In this document: piece after piece, positions 36,443 through 49,030 of the stretch
Numbering within the stretch: the stretch's first letter is position 1
How the letters are laid out: each line of letters opens with the position of its first letter
DNA from: Lama guanicoe
Taxonomy: Eukaryota
Length of the DNA stretch: 64,000 nucleotides
Reading direction: 5' to 3'
Assembly: GCA_013239625.1 (NCBI GenBank)
Contig: MU056262.1
Location: 3,198,992-3,262,991, forward strand
Program-made: the position numbers and the translations under genes
The notes under the pieces: generated by a model
Databases searched by the model: none
Seen by the model: only the letters and a program-made list of their open reading frames with translations
What the model was told of the DNA's origin: nothing

Positions 36443-37640
36443 GGATTTTGGTGGTTAATTAGGGGTAAATTATGATGAAAGGAGATTTGCCTGGATAGGT
36501 AGGAGGAAGTATCCCAAATATAATTTCTTTGCACTTCAGTTTTTCCACCGGTTAGATAAGCAAGATAATACAGATATCTTTTTTCATTTAATGTTCTGAA
36601 CAACCTCAGAAGGTAAAGGAAGTGTCTGCTGTATTGTTAGCAATAAATTCATATTGGTTGAATGAGAATCCTATTGATACTGAAAAGTTGTGTGTGTGTG
36701 TGTGTATTTTGGTGGTTAGAGAATTGAGCAGAGTTTACATTCCTGAGCAGCAAAAACCATAATCCATGTGATTGTAGTGACAGCCTTCTATAAAATCCAA
36801 TGTCATTCTATCTTCTTGACCTCATATCTCATGCTCTATAAATCACGGGGAGAAGGAAGAACCATGAGATGACAATGAACATCCATCTCATTAGAAGACT
36901 TCATAATCTGCATATTCTTGTTTAATATTGTATTGTGACTCTGACATCTAATACTAAACTATATTAACCTTCTCCCCTTAAATTTTGTATCTTCCTGGAA
37001 AACAAAACACAGCCAAATAAAGAAAGGCACACACGCATATCGACAGCCCCACAAAACAAGACCAGGAACAAACTTAAATGGCAAAGATAGGAGGGAACAC
37101 AGGAAAAGGACAATCAGACGGAAGATGGAAGAGAGGTATTTGGCTGTTTCTCAAGACAGGTGTTTGTCTTTCGATTTGGAAACACACACACACAGAGAGA
37201 AGTAGAAAAATAAAAGCTTATGGGACATATCTTGACTTCCTTAAAGTTATTAGTACCTCCTCTGAACTTTAATGACACATCATGGTACTTCTATAATTGT
37301 GCAGTGAATTTATAAAGTATTACGAAATAAAACAAAGGCTCACGTACTCATTCATGTTGATGTGCTGTATGCTTCATGTGAACTATGGCACTTAGACAGG
37401 ACCTGACACACAGATTCATAGGAAACATTTATTGAATGCTTAACTAAAGTCACTTAATTACCAGAGTAGTAGCTTTTTTAAATCAGTTTTGCAGAGATAA
37501 CAATTTTGTATTTTTTTCTTTCTTTCCTTCTTTTTCTTTTGTATCCCTCTCTTTGCTAAAGCATCCCATCCAGCTTTTATCTTTTAATTCCAAACAATTC
37601 TATTCAACTCTCAAGGCAAATGGCAAAAGAGGTTCAAGCC

Positions 37641-38012
37641 TGTGTGTGCATAAGTGTGCGTCTGCGTGTGCATGAGTTACGTCTGTATCTATGTCTGCAT
37701 CTGTGAGTATGTGTGTACGTCCCTGTGTGTTTATATACATATGAGCTGTGTGCATATGCCTGTACGTGTGTGGCCCTGTGTCTGCACATAGAGATCTGTG
37801 TGTGTCTGCCTGTACGTGTGTATGTGTTTGCATCTGTGTGTGTGTACGTGCCCATATGTGTGTATCTGTTAATCCATATGTATCTGTGTGCCTGTGTAGA
37901 CATCTGTGTGTCTCTTTGTACATATATGCCTTTGTGTATGTGTGTCTGTATGTGTGATTGGTGTGTATAGGTGACTATCTGTATGTGTCTACTTGAGTAA
38001 GTTTGTGTGTCT
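37641..38012. repeat. Degenerate TG-rich low-complexity tract, ~370 bp
   Basis: TGTG/TGTA/TCTG units throughout; explains four overlapping spurious His/Thr- or Cys/Val-rich ORFs. Confidence 0.9.
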
Positions 38013-38828
38013 ATTCCCATGCACCATTAAACATAGTTCCTACTATTTAAATAAATGAGAGTGTTGCTTGCAGAAAAAATAAGCTACTTAGAACCTAATG
38101 TTCTGGAAAAATTCATATTAAAAGACATCTGGTTATACCAAATTCTGTTTTGTCTACATTTAGCCACAGGTGTTTAAAAAATGATAAGCACTTGGAAAGT
38201 AGACAAACCAAAAATTGTAAGAGTATTCATATTCATCTTAGCTTTCACAATGAATCAAAGTATAAACAGTGGGGAAAAGTCAGTCCAAGATTTTCATAAG
38301 TGAGTTCTGTTTGGTGTAAACAGGGCTCATTTCTCATAGAAATGTGCTGACACTAGGCACATTCTGAAAGCTTATAGTGCAATGAATCCACTTACCTGAT
38401 ATTCATTTACTTTTTATAGCTTTTTAAATATAGTATTGATTAAATTAGCATTTGGATTAATGACCTTTTAAATTCAGAGGGACTGAAGCAGCAGTCTCTT
38501 AATACAGGATGATAACTGAAAGATCAAAATGTTTGAAAATGAGTTTTCTAAACGTTTTATACCTATCTGCCTGCATGTATCATTATATATTCACGGTATA
38601 TATTTATACTGATTTATAGTATATAAATATATAAACATAAATCTGTAGACATTCAGGTATTATACAGATACATGCACACACATAAATATAACATAAATCA
38701 AATTAATATAAATTATCTCAAAAAGTAGTTTTGAATACCTGATAAATGCCAGCTATTATGTGAGAGACAGAATAGCAATACGAAAAAGCCTGGGCTCCAG
38801 TCTTAAGGAAGTCAGTTTCAGGTAGGAA

Positions 38829-38900
38829 CAGGGGAGGCTACAAAATTTGCAGGTCCCTGTGAAAGATGAAAACATCAGGCCCTTTACTCAAAAAGCACGA
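38829..38900. mobile_element. MER45-like (hAT-Tip100) terminal fragment
   Basis: CAGGGGAGGCTACAAAATTTGCAGGTCCCTGTGAAAGATGAAAA...GGCCCTTTACTCAAAAA. Confidence 0.6.
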
Positions 38901-40796
38901 CGGAACCGTAGTTTAATGGAACAACAGAAATACTTGCTTGGTACACAGATGACATAAAGGAGGGTGTTATTAGCCCTGTAAATATGGTGGAGAGAAGGGG
39001 CGGTTACTCTAGGAGCGACAGTCTACGCTAAGCTTTTCTTCTAAATCTGAATTCTCTGAGCCAATAAAGGATGGGAAATGGCACCAGAGGCACAAGAATT
39101 GCCATGTCCAAAGTCTCGGAAATATGGAAGGTCACGTAGCATTGGAAAGCTGCAAATGAAGGTGTAGGAGCAGTGTGTCCTTGTATGCATGCTCACGTGT
39201 GTGCAGGGTAAAAGAAGATGCAGGAGAAGTTGCAATCGGTTAGGATTTCTGTTGCATCATCATAGAGCTTGCTCTACAGATACTTGAAATGAATTAAGCC
39301 TTATGCATACTCTAGCTCAGAAGTGAGATCTTCAATTTCCACATAGCAAAAGATAACAGGATAAATTATACTCTGCCGTCTCAAAATGTCAGAAATTCTT
39401 CATTGATATGCAGCAGCATTGAGCTTTCAAAGGTCTGAAGTTAAACTGGAGGAAAAGAGCACACATGGTATCAGATTACTTTCTATTTAAGATTTCTCTG
39501 ATTTTCCTCCATTAGGGTATGCCATTCATGTTATTGGATAACTGTAGTTAAACTGAACTTGGTGATGAGTATTTAGGCCATAAGGTATATGCCTGGATGA
39601 CACTCCAGTTGTAATTTTCTCACTAAGCATGAAAATCTCTTTTAAAAAATCTCCATTTCATTTATGCGTTCTTTTGTTTGTTCGTTTGCTTGTTTGTTTA
39701 ATGAATGGACTATATAGACTTACAGTGTCCAAACAAGAAAACTAAACATTTTTTTTCCTTTCCTCATGTTGCTTACAAAGTTGGGATGATAAATCTACAG
39801 TAGAGATTAAAAACAAAATCAGAAATATTTGCATGGCATGTTCTTTGTCCTTAACTCATGACAAAAGAAGAGACTTTCACTGGTTACCACGGAATCTGCT
39901 TTCCAAACAAAAAAACTCTTAGGGGGTCCCTAGTTCTTCATCTTGTCACTTCTTAACAGGTCCCACTTTCTGACATGCTCAAGGTGCATGTGTTCTTCCT
40001 GACTTGTACACCCTTGAAATCCGGTGTTCATTTGCCACCATGATGGTGAGTAGCTTTAACCATGCGTATATGCTCAAATATGCTGAATGCACTATCCCCT
40101 TCTAGTTCGACTGCTCAAAAAGAAGAGGGGCTGTATTTTCTTATTCCCTCTGGCATAGACAGGCCACCAGCATTAATTTTGGCTTACAGACAGCTCTTAA
40201 TATTTGTTGTATTAATTAAAATCAATTAAGTGAATCAATCACGGTAATTAACTCACTTTAAAAATCATGAAGTGGAGAAATAGTCCTGAATTTCTTTTTT
40301 TTCAAAATATCCATTTAGCATATATATGTTTTTTATTTTTTATAAGGTATATTAGGTTAAAGATTCATAGTCTCTGATTTGTAGACCCCATTATCAAGGG
40401 TAGAAAGGGTGTAAGATGGGTAGAGGTGGGTGTAGAATTATAAAAGAGAGCCAGTATTCCATAAATGTGTTAACACTTCTCAGTCAGTGAGTACTAAATT
40501 TTAGCTAATATTATGTAGATGTTCATGGAATGGGAACTTGTTAGAAAGTCCTCCTCATTTCCAGCAGAGTGAGGAATCCATGGGGTTTTAGACATCTTAA
40601 CACAGTTTCTCTGTGTGTTCATGTACATACCCGTGTGCTTGGGGTGGGAGGATGGTCCGCAGAGATGGGGATGCATTCTTCTGTCTCAGATAAGAGAGCG
40701 TGTGACTATGCACTGTATAATTTCGCTATATTTGTCACTGTCCTCATGTTTTATTTTTTTAACCTGACAATACTTTTAATAGACTATTTTACTGAA

Positions 40797-40960
40797 TACT
40801 TGTCCCTCAGTGTCCGTGAGGGAGTGGTTTCAGGGACCCCCACGGATACCCAAATCCACAGATGTTCAAGTACCTGTTATCAAATGGTGTAGGGCAGCGA
40901 ATACAGTCAGGTCGCCGTCTCCACAGGTGCTAGACCACGGGTGTGAAGAGCTGCCAGTCT
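40797..40960 (+). mobile_element. MER2/MER8-like TcMar-Tigger MITE
   Basis: GTCCCTCAGTGTCCGTGAGGGAGTGGTTTCAGGGACCCCCACGGATACCCAAATCCACAGATGTTCAAGT. Confidence 0.75.
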
Positions 40961-40964
40961 AAGC

Positions 40965-41150
40965 ACAACAGTGGGTGATGAACATACGTTAACTTTCATT
41001 GTCTAAACAACCCTGCCAGGTAAATGTTCCAATCTCTATTTTATAAATGAAGAAATTGAGGCTGCCAGGGGTAAAGAGGCTTTCTTAAGTTCTGGAGTCC
41101 TTGATGGCAGAAGCCAGGATTTACACCCAAATCATTTTGACTGCAAAGCC
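40965..41150 (-). mobile_element. MIR SINE
   Basis: AACAACCCTGCCAGGTA...ATTTTATAAATGAAGAAATTGAGGCT...ATGGCAGAAGCCAGGATTT. Confidence 0.7.
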
Positions 41151-41169
41151 ATTATTTTTTTCTCCACAT

Positions 41170-41375
41170 ACGTTTCTCAAAATGCGGTCCATGGATCAGC
41201 TGTAGCTGACTCACCTGCGGATGTCGATTCCTAGCTAAGGATGCGTTTGCACATACTTGGGAGTGTCCTTCATGGGACCTCTCTGCCCAGGGCCCCATCC
41301 CCAGAACTACAGCACCTCTGAGGTGGGACCCAGGAACCTGCATCTGAACAACTAGCTCTTAAGAACCACCACATC
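41170..41375. mobile_element. MER5-like hAT MITE
   Basis: TTTCTCAAAATGCGGTCCATGGATCAGC...GGCCCCATCCCAGAACTAC...GGTGGGACCCAGGAACCTGCAT. Confidence 0.6.
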
Positions 41376-42036
41376 ACAGCATACTCTTACGGAAGAAAAA
41401 CTGTAATTGATGAAGTTTTAAATTTACGTATAAAATCAAGATTGGGAGAGGTAAGAAATGGCCAAACAGGATGTGATGATTGCTAGAACAAGAAGTCACC
41501 TCCTTGTGTCTGAACAACTCTCAGGTCCATATTGCTGAGTACCCACGAGCTGTGAACTTTTTCAAGGACTTCAGGCTGATAGATTTGGGCCCCCAATTTT
41601 ATCACTGGGCGGCCTTTGCTGTGGCTGATTTGAGCATTGGAGCTCCTGCACGTATAATAAATTCTGCATGTGACGTCAAAGCTCTATTTTCAGACTCCTA
41701 AGCTGATTGGGATTTTCTTAGCCTTTGTTTATTTTGGGAAGTAGTTTAATCTAATCTTTATATATTCTAAGAAAATGTCAATTTTAGCTTCAATCCAAAT
41801 ACTGTGTAATCACAGTGCTCTGATGTAAACTCCAGAGCTGAACTGGAGCAAACTTAACACATTCCATTTTGTAAGGTAATAACCAAGTTTAAATCTGACT
41901 GAGCTAGGACATGGCCAAGAACGTAAGGGCGACTTAAAGCCCAATGATCATATTTGCTGCTGCTACTGGAGATGATGGTGCCACTGCCTAAAAGGACCAG
42001 CAAGGAAGGGAAAGCAATGGATTCTGAGCTTCTAAA

Positions 42037-42154
42037 TTAAAACAGAAGAGGAAGAAAGAGGGAAGGAGGGAAAGAAAGAAAGAGGAAAAGAAGGAAGAAA
42101 GAAGAGAAAGGGAAAAAAGAAAAACAGAAAAAACAACAACAACAAAACAGAAGA
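42037..42154. repeat. Purine-rich (GA/A) low-complexity tract
   Basis: Seen directly in the sequence. Confidence 0.85.
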
Positions 42155-42351
42155 AATTGTTTCCTTCTGAAAATATTCTGCAGCTTTCCCAAAATGCAGA
42201 AGATCCATTTTCAGCGGAGGTACTTCTGTCTTCCCTGGCCTGGATCAAAATCCAGAGAGACAAGCTTTATAGCTCTTCACGTGTGTCATGTCTACTCTGC
42301 ATGTTCCATCAATATTTCTTATTTCTACCTTTTCGGCCACTGGCTTGCTGC

Positions 42352-42619
42352 AGGAGGCAGCACTGGCTTAAGGGTTAAGAGCATGTGTGTGACAAATACG
42401 CTGGTGTGAATCGGAACCCTGCTTTTTATATTGTGTAAATACTCCTGACCTTGTCACTACGGGCTTTTACTCCATGACCTAAAAAGAGGGATGATAAGTC
42501 CCTCAGAAGGACTGTCTTTAATATTAAACAAGATAAGATATGCAAAATGGTTAGCCTGGAGGTTACCGCACATTAAGTTCTCATAAGTGTTTATCATTAC
42601 TATTATTATTATTATTATT
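42352..42619 (+). mobile_element. MIR SINE with (TTA)n tail
   Basis: GGTTAAGAGCATG...; ATTAAACAAGATAAGATATGCAAAATGGTTAGC...ATAAGTGTTTATCATTACTATTATTATT. Confidence 0.65.
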
Positions 42620-43369
42620 GACAAACAATGGACAAAGGGCTGGTGAAAGCATTTCTAAGGATGCCTGGTGTGAACCTCTAGCTCGGAGGGAGTTGGTCAG
42701 CGGACTAGGAGAACAGAGCAGAGGTGTTGGTGGTATCACAGCTTAGCAAGTGGAGAGTTTACTTGAGAGCGGTGGCAATGTGGTTTCATCAAAGGAAGAA
42801 GAGAAAGGACCAGTTCATTGATTTCAAGGTGCAAGCGCTGTGCTCTGTCTGTCCCACATTTATTAATTCATGTATCCAGGCTTGAAACGTTGAGAATTAA
42901 CCAGAAAACAATAGCCAGGAAAAATGCAATGCAGGATTTTATTCTGCAGAAGGTCACTAGTTAGAGTAGACGTCCCTGACATTGACTTGCTCTAAAAGCC
43001 CGAGCAGGTCATTCCACCTGCACGGGCCTCCACTTTCGCATCTGTGAAATGTGCATAATCCTGCTTGCTGTAGCCCAGCAGGATGGGTGTACATCCTGAG
43101 ACAATGAGCAGGCTATTTGCATAATATTAGAATTTATAAAATAATTATCAGGCATTGTAATATAATAATTTATTCTTATTTTTTTGCTTCTTGTCTTCTA
43201 ATTTACGTTTGTAGAAAACAAGCACGTCCGTCTGCTGACTAATCTATGGAGTTGCTACAACTCATCCACATCGGTGCTCACGCTTATTTTTTGTATTGAT
43301 TTTAATCTACACACTACTTTGCAGGGAGTCCCTCTTCTACCTCGGTTGGATGAGTTTTGTTATCCTTTA

Positions 43370-43645
43370 AGACACATCAGAATGTCCTTCCTCTCTGAAG
43401 ACTTGCTCACTCCCTCTACCCAGTTCTTCTACATTTGGACACTCCTCTTTCGTGGTCACATAGCGATTTCTATGCACCTTTTAGTTCTCACATCATATAA
43501 TCTCATAATTGTCGGGATGCCCATCCACGTCTCCAGACAGCAACCTTCTTGAAACAAAGACTTACTCATTTTTATATTCATAGCAGTTGACATGGCATCT
43601 GACAAAGGGATGACACTGAGTACATGCTTGGTAAGTGTAATCATG
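43370..43645 (+). mobile_element. L2 fragment
   Basis: AATGTCCTTCCTCTCTGAAGACTT...CTTCTTGAAACAAAGAC...TTTATATTCATAGCA. Confidence 0.5.
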
Positions 43646-44892
43646 TTAGCCCACTGATATTAGCAGTATTAATATTAGAGAGACAGTCCTATTTCAGTGT
43701 TGGACACATCACCGTTAGGGAGAAAATCAGATATCAAAAAAGAAATTTTACATTATGCTCAAGTAAAGCATGAGCAAAATTCTAGCATACCTATTATCCA
43801 CCAGGAATAATGACGCAGCTGTAATGTAATGCAATATGTAACCTTTCAGAGCATATATTATGTGAATCATATCCCTTCTTCAAAACGTATTCTAGATATT
43901 TCTGGCTCTGAATTGCTAAAAGAGTCTTGTGGCTTCTTCTTACATGCCCTGCCTCCCTCTCCCTGCCCTCCCCCAAATACACACGCAGTCACCTCCTAAA
44001 TTCAAACACTTCCTCACGTAGAAAATACCCTCTCTTTTTTTTTTTTCTCAGCAGCTATTCGTTTTGTTGTTAACACAATCGTCTCAGTAGAACTTGGATC
44101 TCATTATTATTTCATTACATCCACTTTACGTTATCCTGTGTTATACCCAGGACTGAGGAGTTGCCACGCTGTGGGCACGCTGGTACCAAGGGGAGGCACA
44201 GTACATGGTTTCGACAGACTCCTGGTGATGTTGACTTGCGCTGGGCAGCTAAGCATATGTCTAAAAACCACGACCAAGAGCACTTGGATTTCCTTATGGT
44301 CCCATCCCTGTCTAGAGCTAAGTGGACATGACATCAATATGAGCTCGTGGAAAGCTCGCCCCTGTGAGGTACATTCTAAATAATGCAACACATCATCACC
44401 ATCAGGTGGTGCATGATTCCTTCCATCTAAAACAAAAGTGATTTTTGTCTTCTCATCGTGATCCTTGCTCTTGCAGAAGGATCTATTTTCATTTAAAGTT
44501 TCACACATTTCAGCCATGCACCATAAACAGACACTAAAAGATTCCATCATATTCTCAGGATTGTCCACTCTCAGCAGCAAAGAAGTGCCACTAAGAATGC
44601 TAAAGGCTGAGAAGTAATAAACCCTCAAAAGCCCCATGGCAGATGCTCCGAAGACTCCTTTTCCTTCCACGGCTCAGCAGGACAGAGTCCTGTTTACCCT
44701 TTCAGGCCATGATCCGTAAAGTTGCGGTCGGCCTTATCTGACCCCCTTTCTCCATGTCAGAGAGAGAGAGAAGAAACACGCACAAGACAGAATAAATAAC
44801 TGAATGGCCTGCTTCTGGTTTCTGCAAACGCACTGTCTGCTGCAAAAGGAAGAAGAAAGAAAAAGGGGGAAAAGTTAACTACAGTGTGAACA

Positions 44893-45045
44893 AGTGCTTC
44901 TTATTAATATGCATATGAATCTCCTGGAGATCTTGGTAAACTGCTGTTTCAGTAGATCTGGGGTGAAGCCTGAAATCCTGCATTTCTAAGTTCCCAGCTG
45001 ATGCTGATGCTGATGCTGCTGGTCTGAGGACCACATTTTGAGGAG
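44893..45045. mobile_element. MER5A-like hAT MITE
   Basis: TGCATATGAATCTCCTGGAGATCTTG...TTCAGTAGATCTGGGGTGAAGCCTGA...TGCATTTCTAA...GATGCTGCTGGTCTGAGGACCACATTTTGAG. Confidence 0.85.
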
Positions 45046-45641
45046 AGTGTTAGGCAGAATTCTTAAGATGCCCGTCTCTCTCCCTCCCAGATCCTTGGAC
45101 CCTGGTTATTCAATCAAACACCAATCTCGGTACTGCTGGGAAGGGAATTTGCAGTTGTAATTAAAGTCTGAAGTCAGTTAACCTTCAGACATGGAGGTTA
45201 TCCGGTTAAGCCTGATCTAATCTCATGAGACCTTTGAAAAGGCAGGCGAGGGAGGCCAAAGAAGAGTCAGAGAATTTCGAAGTGTATGAAGGGTTTGACA
45301 TGCCATTGCTGCTTCATGCATGGACAGGGCATGTGAGAAGGGCTGTGTCAGCCACAAAGAAATGAGGGTGGCCCCTAGTTGACAGCCAGAAAGGAAATGG
45401 AGTCCTCCGACTTAACTCGGACCTTATTTGAAGAACCAGGTCTCACCAACAGTCTGACTGAGCTTGAAGGGCGTGGGTGCTCAGAGCCTCCAGAAGGCAG
45501 CCCTGATCGCTTCCTCATGACACTCAGCTCAGCCCTGCTGTGCCTGGACTCCTGATCCACAGGACGTGTGAGATAGTTAATAGGTGTTTTAAGCTGCTAA
45601 ATTTGTGGGGATTTGTTACGCAGCAAAAGGAAGCTAATATA
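45046..45641 (+). mobile_element. Solo MaLR LTR, MLT1E-like
   Basis: TAGGCAGAATTCTTAAGATG...CTGGTTATTCAATCAAACACCAATCTCGGTACTGCTG...TTTAAGCTGCTAAATTTGTGGGGATTTGTTACGCAGCAAAAGGAAGCTAATATA. Confidence 0.85.
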
Positions 45642-46499
45642 AATAGGAAGGTTTTAATTCAGGACAGCTAACCAGTATCTAGCCATTCATGTGTGGGTAA
45701 GAAAGACGTTTTGATCAGTGTTCCTCCAAATCTAAGGATAGTCTTTTGAGTGCAGAGGGCGGAACATTTACACTTGGTGATACACGTATGATAGTCTCAC
45801 CGTAAGCCTTTCTCTTACTGATGCTTTGACTTGACTTTAAAGAAATCTTTAAATTTCTCTGGCCTCAATGTCCTCTACTTAAAAAAAAGAAGAGGTAGGT
45901 ACCGTTCTAACCACATGCTACAGACAGGTTAAGAATAATATACAAAATAAGTGAAAAAGTCTTATAAACTGTGAAAATGCTAGACACAAATGCAGAACGA
46001 GATACACTGCACATTTAAATTATGTCTCATTGAACTTCTCTCTGGCCATAAAAAAAGTTCTTGGGATGTTAAAATACTGTAACTTATTGTTCAAAAATCT
46101 CATCATTCCAAGTGAGAGCAGATGAAAGAGAACATAAACACTTTGAAAATACCTTGTTGTCATCCACTCTTTTTATCGGAGATAGTAATTTAACGGCAGA
46201 GTCTCAGATACAAATGTATATCATGTCTTCTTTAAGAGCTCTAAAGTGAAAGCTGTATTTTATGAAATTAATTGGAGAAACTAGTCCATTCCAACTTCCT
46301 TTCTCCTTTGCTGTCATATGCACTTAGGTAGATTTTATGTTATTCAGGTATTATTTGCAAACAAGATTGTTCGTGGATGAATGGAATGGAAATTGCTGAG
46401 AGACAGGGTGTGGGTGAGTTGTGAGTTAGAGAAGAGCCACGCGGAATGTGCTCAGGGTTAACAGAAGAGTTACCTCATGTTTAATATCTCCTCCATGTG

Positions 46500-46860
46500 T
46501 GGTGCCAAATCATTATTTTATGGCAACCTTTCCTCTGCTTTTAGTGTGTGTTAACTTTCTGCAGTGAGCAGATGTGGCCACACACATTCTGTTTGGCAGA
46601 AGGCAGATGCCAGCCCCCGAAATGGTGCCTGGTTCCAAGGGCAACATCTGGATCCCTGGCTTGGCTGTGTTCCTGTCTGTGCTTGTGGCCATACAATGCC
46701 CCCTGGGGACGTTTTATGATTAGTCTGCGACAGAGTTGGCATGAGTGTCCTGTCTCCGTGGCAACCGTTTTCCCTTTGATTCTTCTACATCTGCTCAGTA
46801 ACATACAGTGTTTGGGAAACTGCTCCCCACCTCATTTCCCATCACAAAGCAGATGACAGG
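46500..46860. promoter_or_regulatory. Candidate enhancer: five CAGATG E-boxes plus an RFX X-box and NFI half-sites
   Basis: CAGATG/CATCTG at 46569, 46604, 46645, 46788 and 46850; GTCTCCGTGGCAAC at 46752-46765; sequence not recognised as a repeat; function is inferred only. Confidence 0.45.
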
Positions 46861-47514
46861 GGACTTTCGTGGAATGGTAGATCACTCTCTCTGGTGTCAA
46901 AAGCTATTGTTTTCTAGTGCACTCACAACTACATCAAATTGCAGAGTGAGCCCTCTCTGCGAGGCCAGTAGCTTTAAGATAAAGTGTTAGATGTTAATGA
47001 AAACTCACTAGCGCGTCTTGAACCCGTGAGGATTTTTCAGAAGCCAGGAGGGAGCCAGGTGTTTGCAGTAGCTTTTGCCCAGGCTTCTATCTTGGATGGA
47101 AAGAACCCAGATGAACCTTTATTCTTCATTTTTAATGCCTCTCGCTGGGTTTCTTTCTTTTTCTTTCTTTTCTTTTTTTTTTTTTTTTATCATCTAAAAG
47201 AGCGTTAGGCTGTGCCTTTATTAACTCCCTCCCAGAAAAAAAGCTAGTGTTAACCAGGTGGCATCCCTCAGGCTGCTCTTTCGTCTGTAGGAAAACAGGG
47301 ATGTGATTCAGGCATTTGGCAAAACTGAATCAGTTATTAGCCATTTCCCAGGTGAGATTGGAGAAGAGACTGGACTGTGGAGGTTGAACCCTTCTTCCCA
47401 GGCCATCCTTGCACATTTCCATAAAAACAAGAGTGTTTTAATTATGCACAGAAGAAAAAGTTAAAAACTCACAAGACTCTACCATGGCCAGGAAATTACA
47501 GGCAGTAGGTAAAA

Positions 47515-47610
47515 TAATTATCACTACCCTTTAGGACAAGAGGGTGTATCCCCATCTTACAGATGAGGAGGTTGAGGCTCTGAGAAAGTTAACGATTTAA
47601 GACTGGAGTA
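47515..47610 (-). mobile_element. MIR core fragment
   Basis: TATCCCCATCTTACAGATGAGGAGGTTGAGGCTCTGAGAAAGTTAACGATTT. Confidence 0.75.
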
Positions 47611-48519
47611 GGGAAAACAGAATTTAGCATTTTTCTTCCAAAGACTTACGTAATGGGAGCAGTAGAAGCGATACAAAGCAAGGACAATTAACCCAACAGG
47701 GCAGTTGTGGAGGGAGTCACCAAGGAAGACAGTCCTCAAGAATCACTCCTTTTTAGGAAGAGTTGGAATTAGTAGGATGAGATTAATGATGCTTCCAAAC
47801 CGAAGGAATATCTCATGGTTGGGCCCAGAGGCAGGAGTAAGAAGCCTTGTTATGCAAAGAAGTTGCTAAAAAAAACTTCACTCACCTCTACCGGTTCATA
47901 GAAACACATCTCAAATACTACATCCCATTGGAAATCTTTGTAAATTATCACCCTAACATTTCCCCACTCCTTCCACACCAAGGGGGAATAGAAGTAACAG
48001 TTGCTTGGCTAAACAGGTAATTAGGAAGCTAAAACCAAAAAAAAGAAAAAAAGAAAAAAGTTCATTTAGGACTGATGTCAGCTTGAGGGTCAGTCCACTA
48101 CCTGTGTGAGTCCATGGGTCTCTCTTGTCAGAGGGATGTGCTCTTACTGCCAGTGTTCTACCAACGGGCAGCTCCTGGGTGTCAAGGCCTCTTACATTAT
48201 AGGACTCGGCACAGGGTCTGGTACAATAAACCAGAGTTTTCTTACCTTTTAAACACCTTGCCTCATCATTTCTTTGTTTCTTCTTGGGTACCCTCAACAT
48301 TCTGTCCTGTTGTAAGGACCATGGAAATGACAGCAATATGGACTTTTACAAAGTACAATCTTAAATAGATCCAGATTAAGTCTCCCTCTTGCAATTGATT
48401 GGCATTAAAAAAATGACAGATGGATAAGCAAATTGTGAACGAAAATATAATTTCAAATTCCACAGTGTTCCTACCTTAGCTAGAGGAAGGTCCAAATGCT
48501 GCTCCCCTAGTAAATGTAC

Positions 48520-48650
48520 AATCGTCAGTTACTCAGCCCTATGGACTGAGTAATTTTCAGCTTCATCATTTCAAAACATGAACATTAATAAGAGCACCTG
48601 TTTCATCAGAGAGTTGTGAGAGTTAAATGAAGTAATTTATAGAAAATGCC
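48520..48650 (+). mobile_element. MIR fragment
   Basis: TCAGCTTCATCATTTCAAAACATG...AGAGTTGTGAGAGTTAAATGAAGTAAT. Confidence 0.55.
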
Positions 48651-48691
48651 CGAAAGAGCCCGAAGAGCAGGAAAATGGCCATCACAAGCAT

Positions 48692-49030
48692 TGCACTGGT
48701 CGGTTTACAGGAAAATGACTCTGAGGCAGAGACTGACACGAAGGCAGGGTGTTGGGGAGTGATCTCGGGGTCCACACCTTAGGGTCAAGGCAAGGAAACT
48801 TGATTGGGCCAAGTGAAAAGTCGGGCTCTAAAGCCATCACAGGAAGGTCTCTGCCAAGACCACAGGGAGCTTTAGATCTCAGAGGACCATTTTGAATTGT
48901 CGGTGAGGGTCTGTCCTTTGGGTGAGGCAGCTCTCTTTTACAGAAAGCAGTTCCCAGAGAGGGCTACTCGGTCAGCTATGATAGGAAGGTCTTCAGTTAT
49001 GAGGTGAGGTCTTAGAAGGACAGCAGGGTA
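48692..49030 (-). mobile_element. ERVL LTR16/LTR33-like solo LTR (old)
   Basis: GACTCTGAGGCAGAGA...GTTGGGGAGTGATCTCGGG...GATTGGGC...CCACAGGGAGCT...GCAGTTCCCAGAGAGGG. Confidence 0.5.

Noticed and set aside
37600-38020. His/Thr-rich and Cys/Val-rich overlapping ORFs
   Set aside because: Translation artefacts of the TG/CA low-complexity tract
44131-44670. Longest ORF in the track (179 aa, minus strand)
   Set aside because: No recognisable domain, non-ATG start and no evident splice context; an ORF of this length can occur by chance in 64 kb
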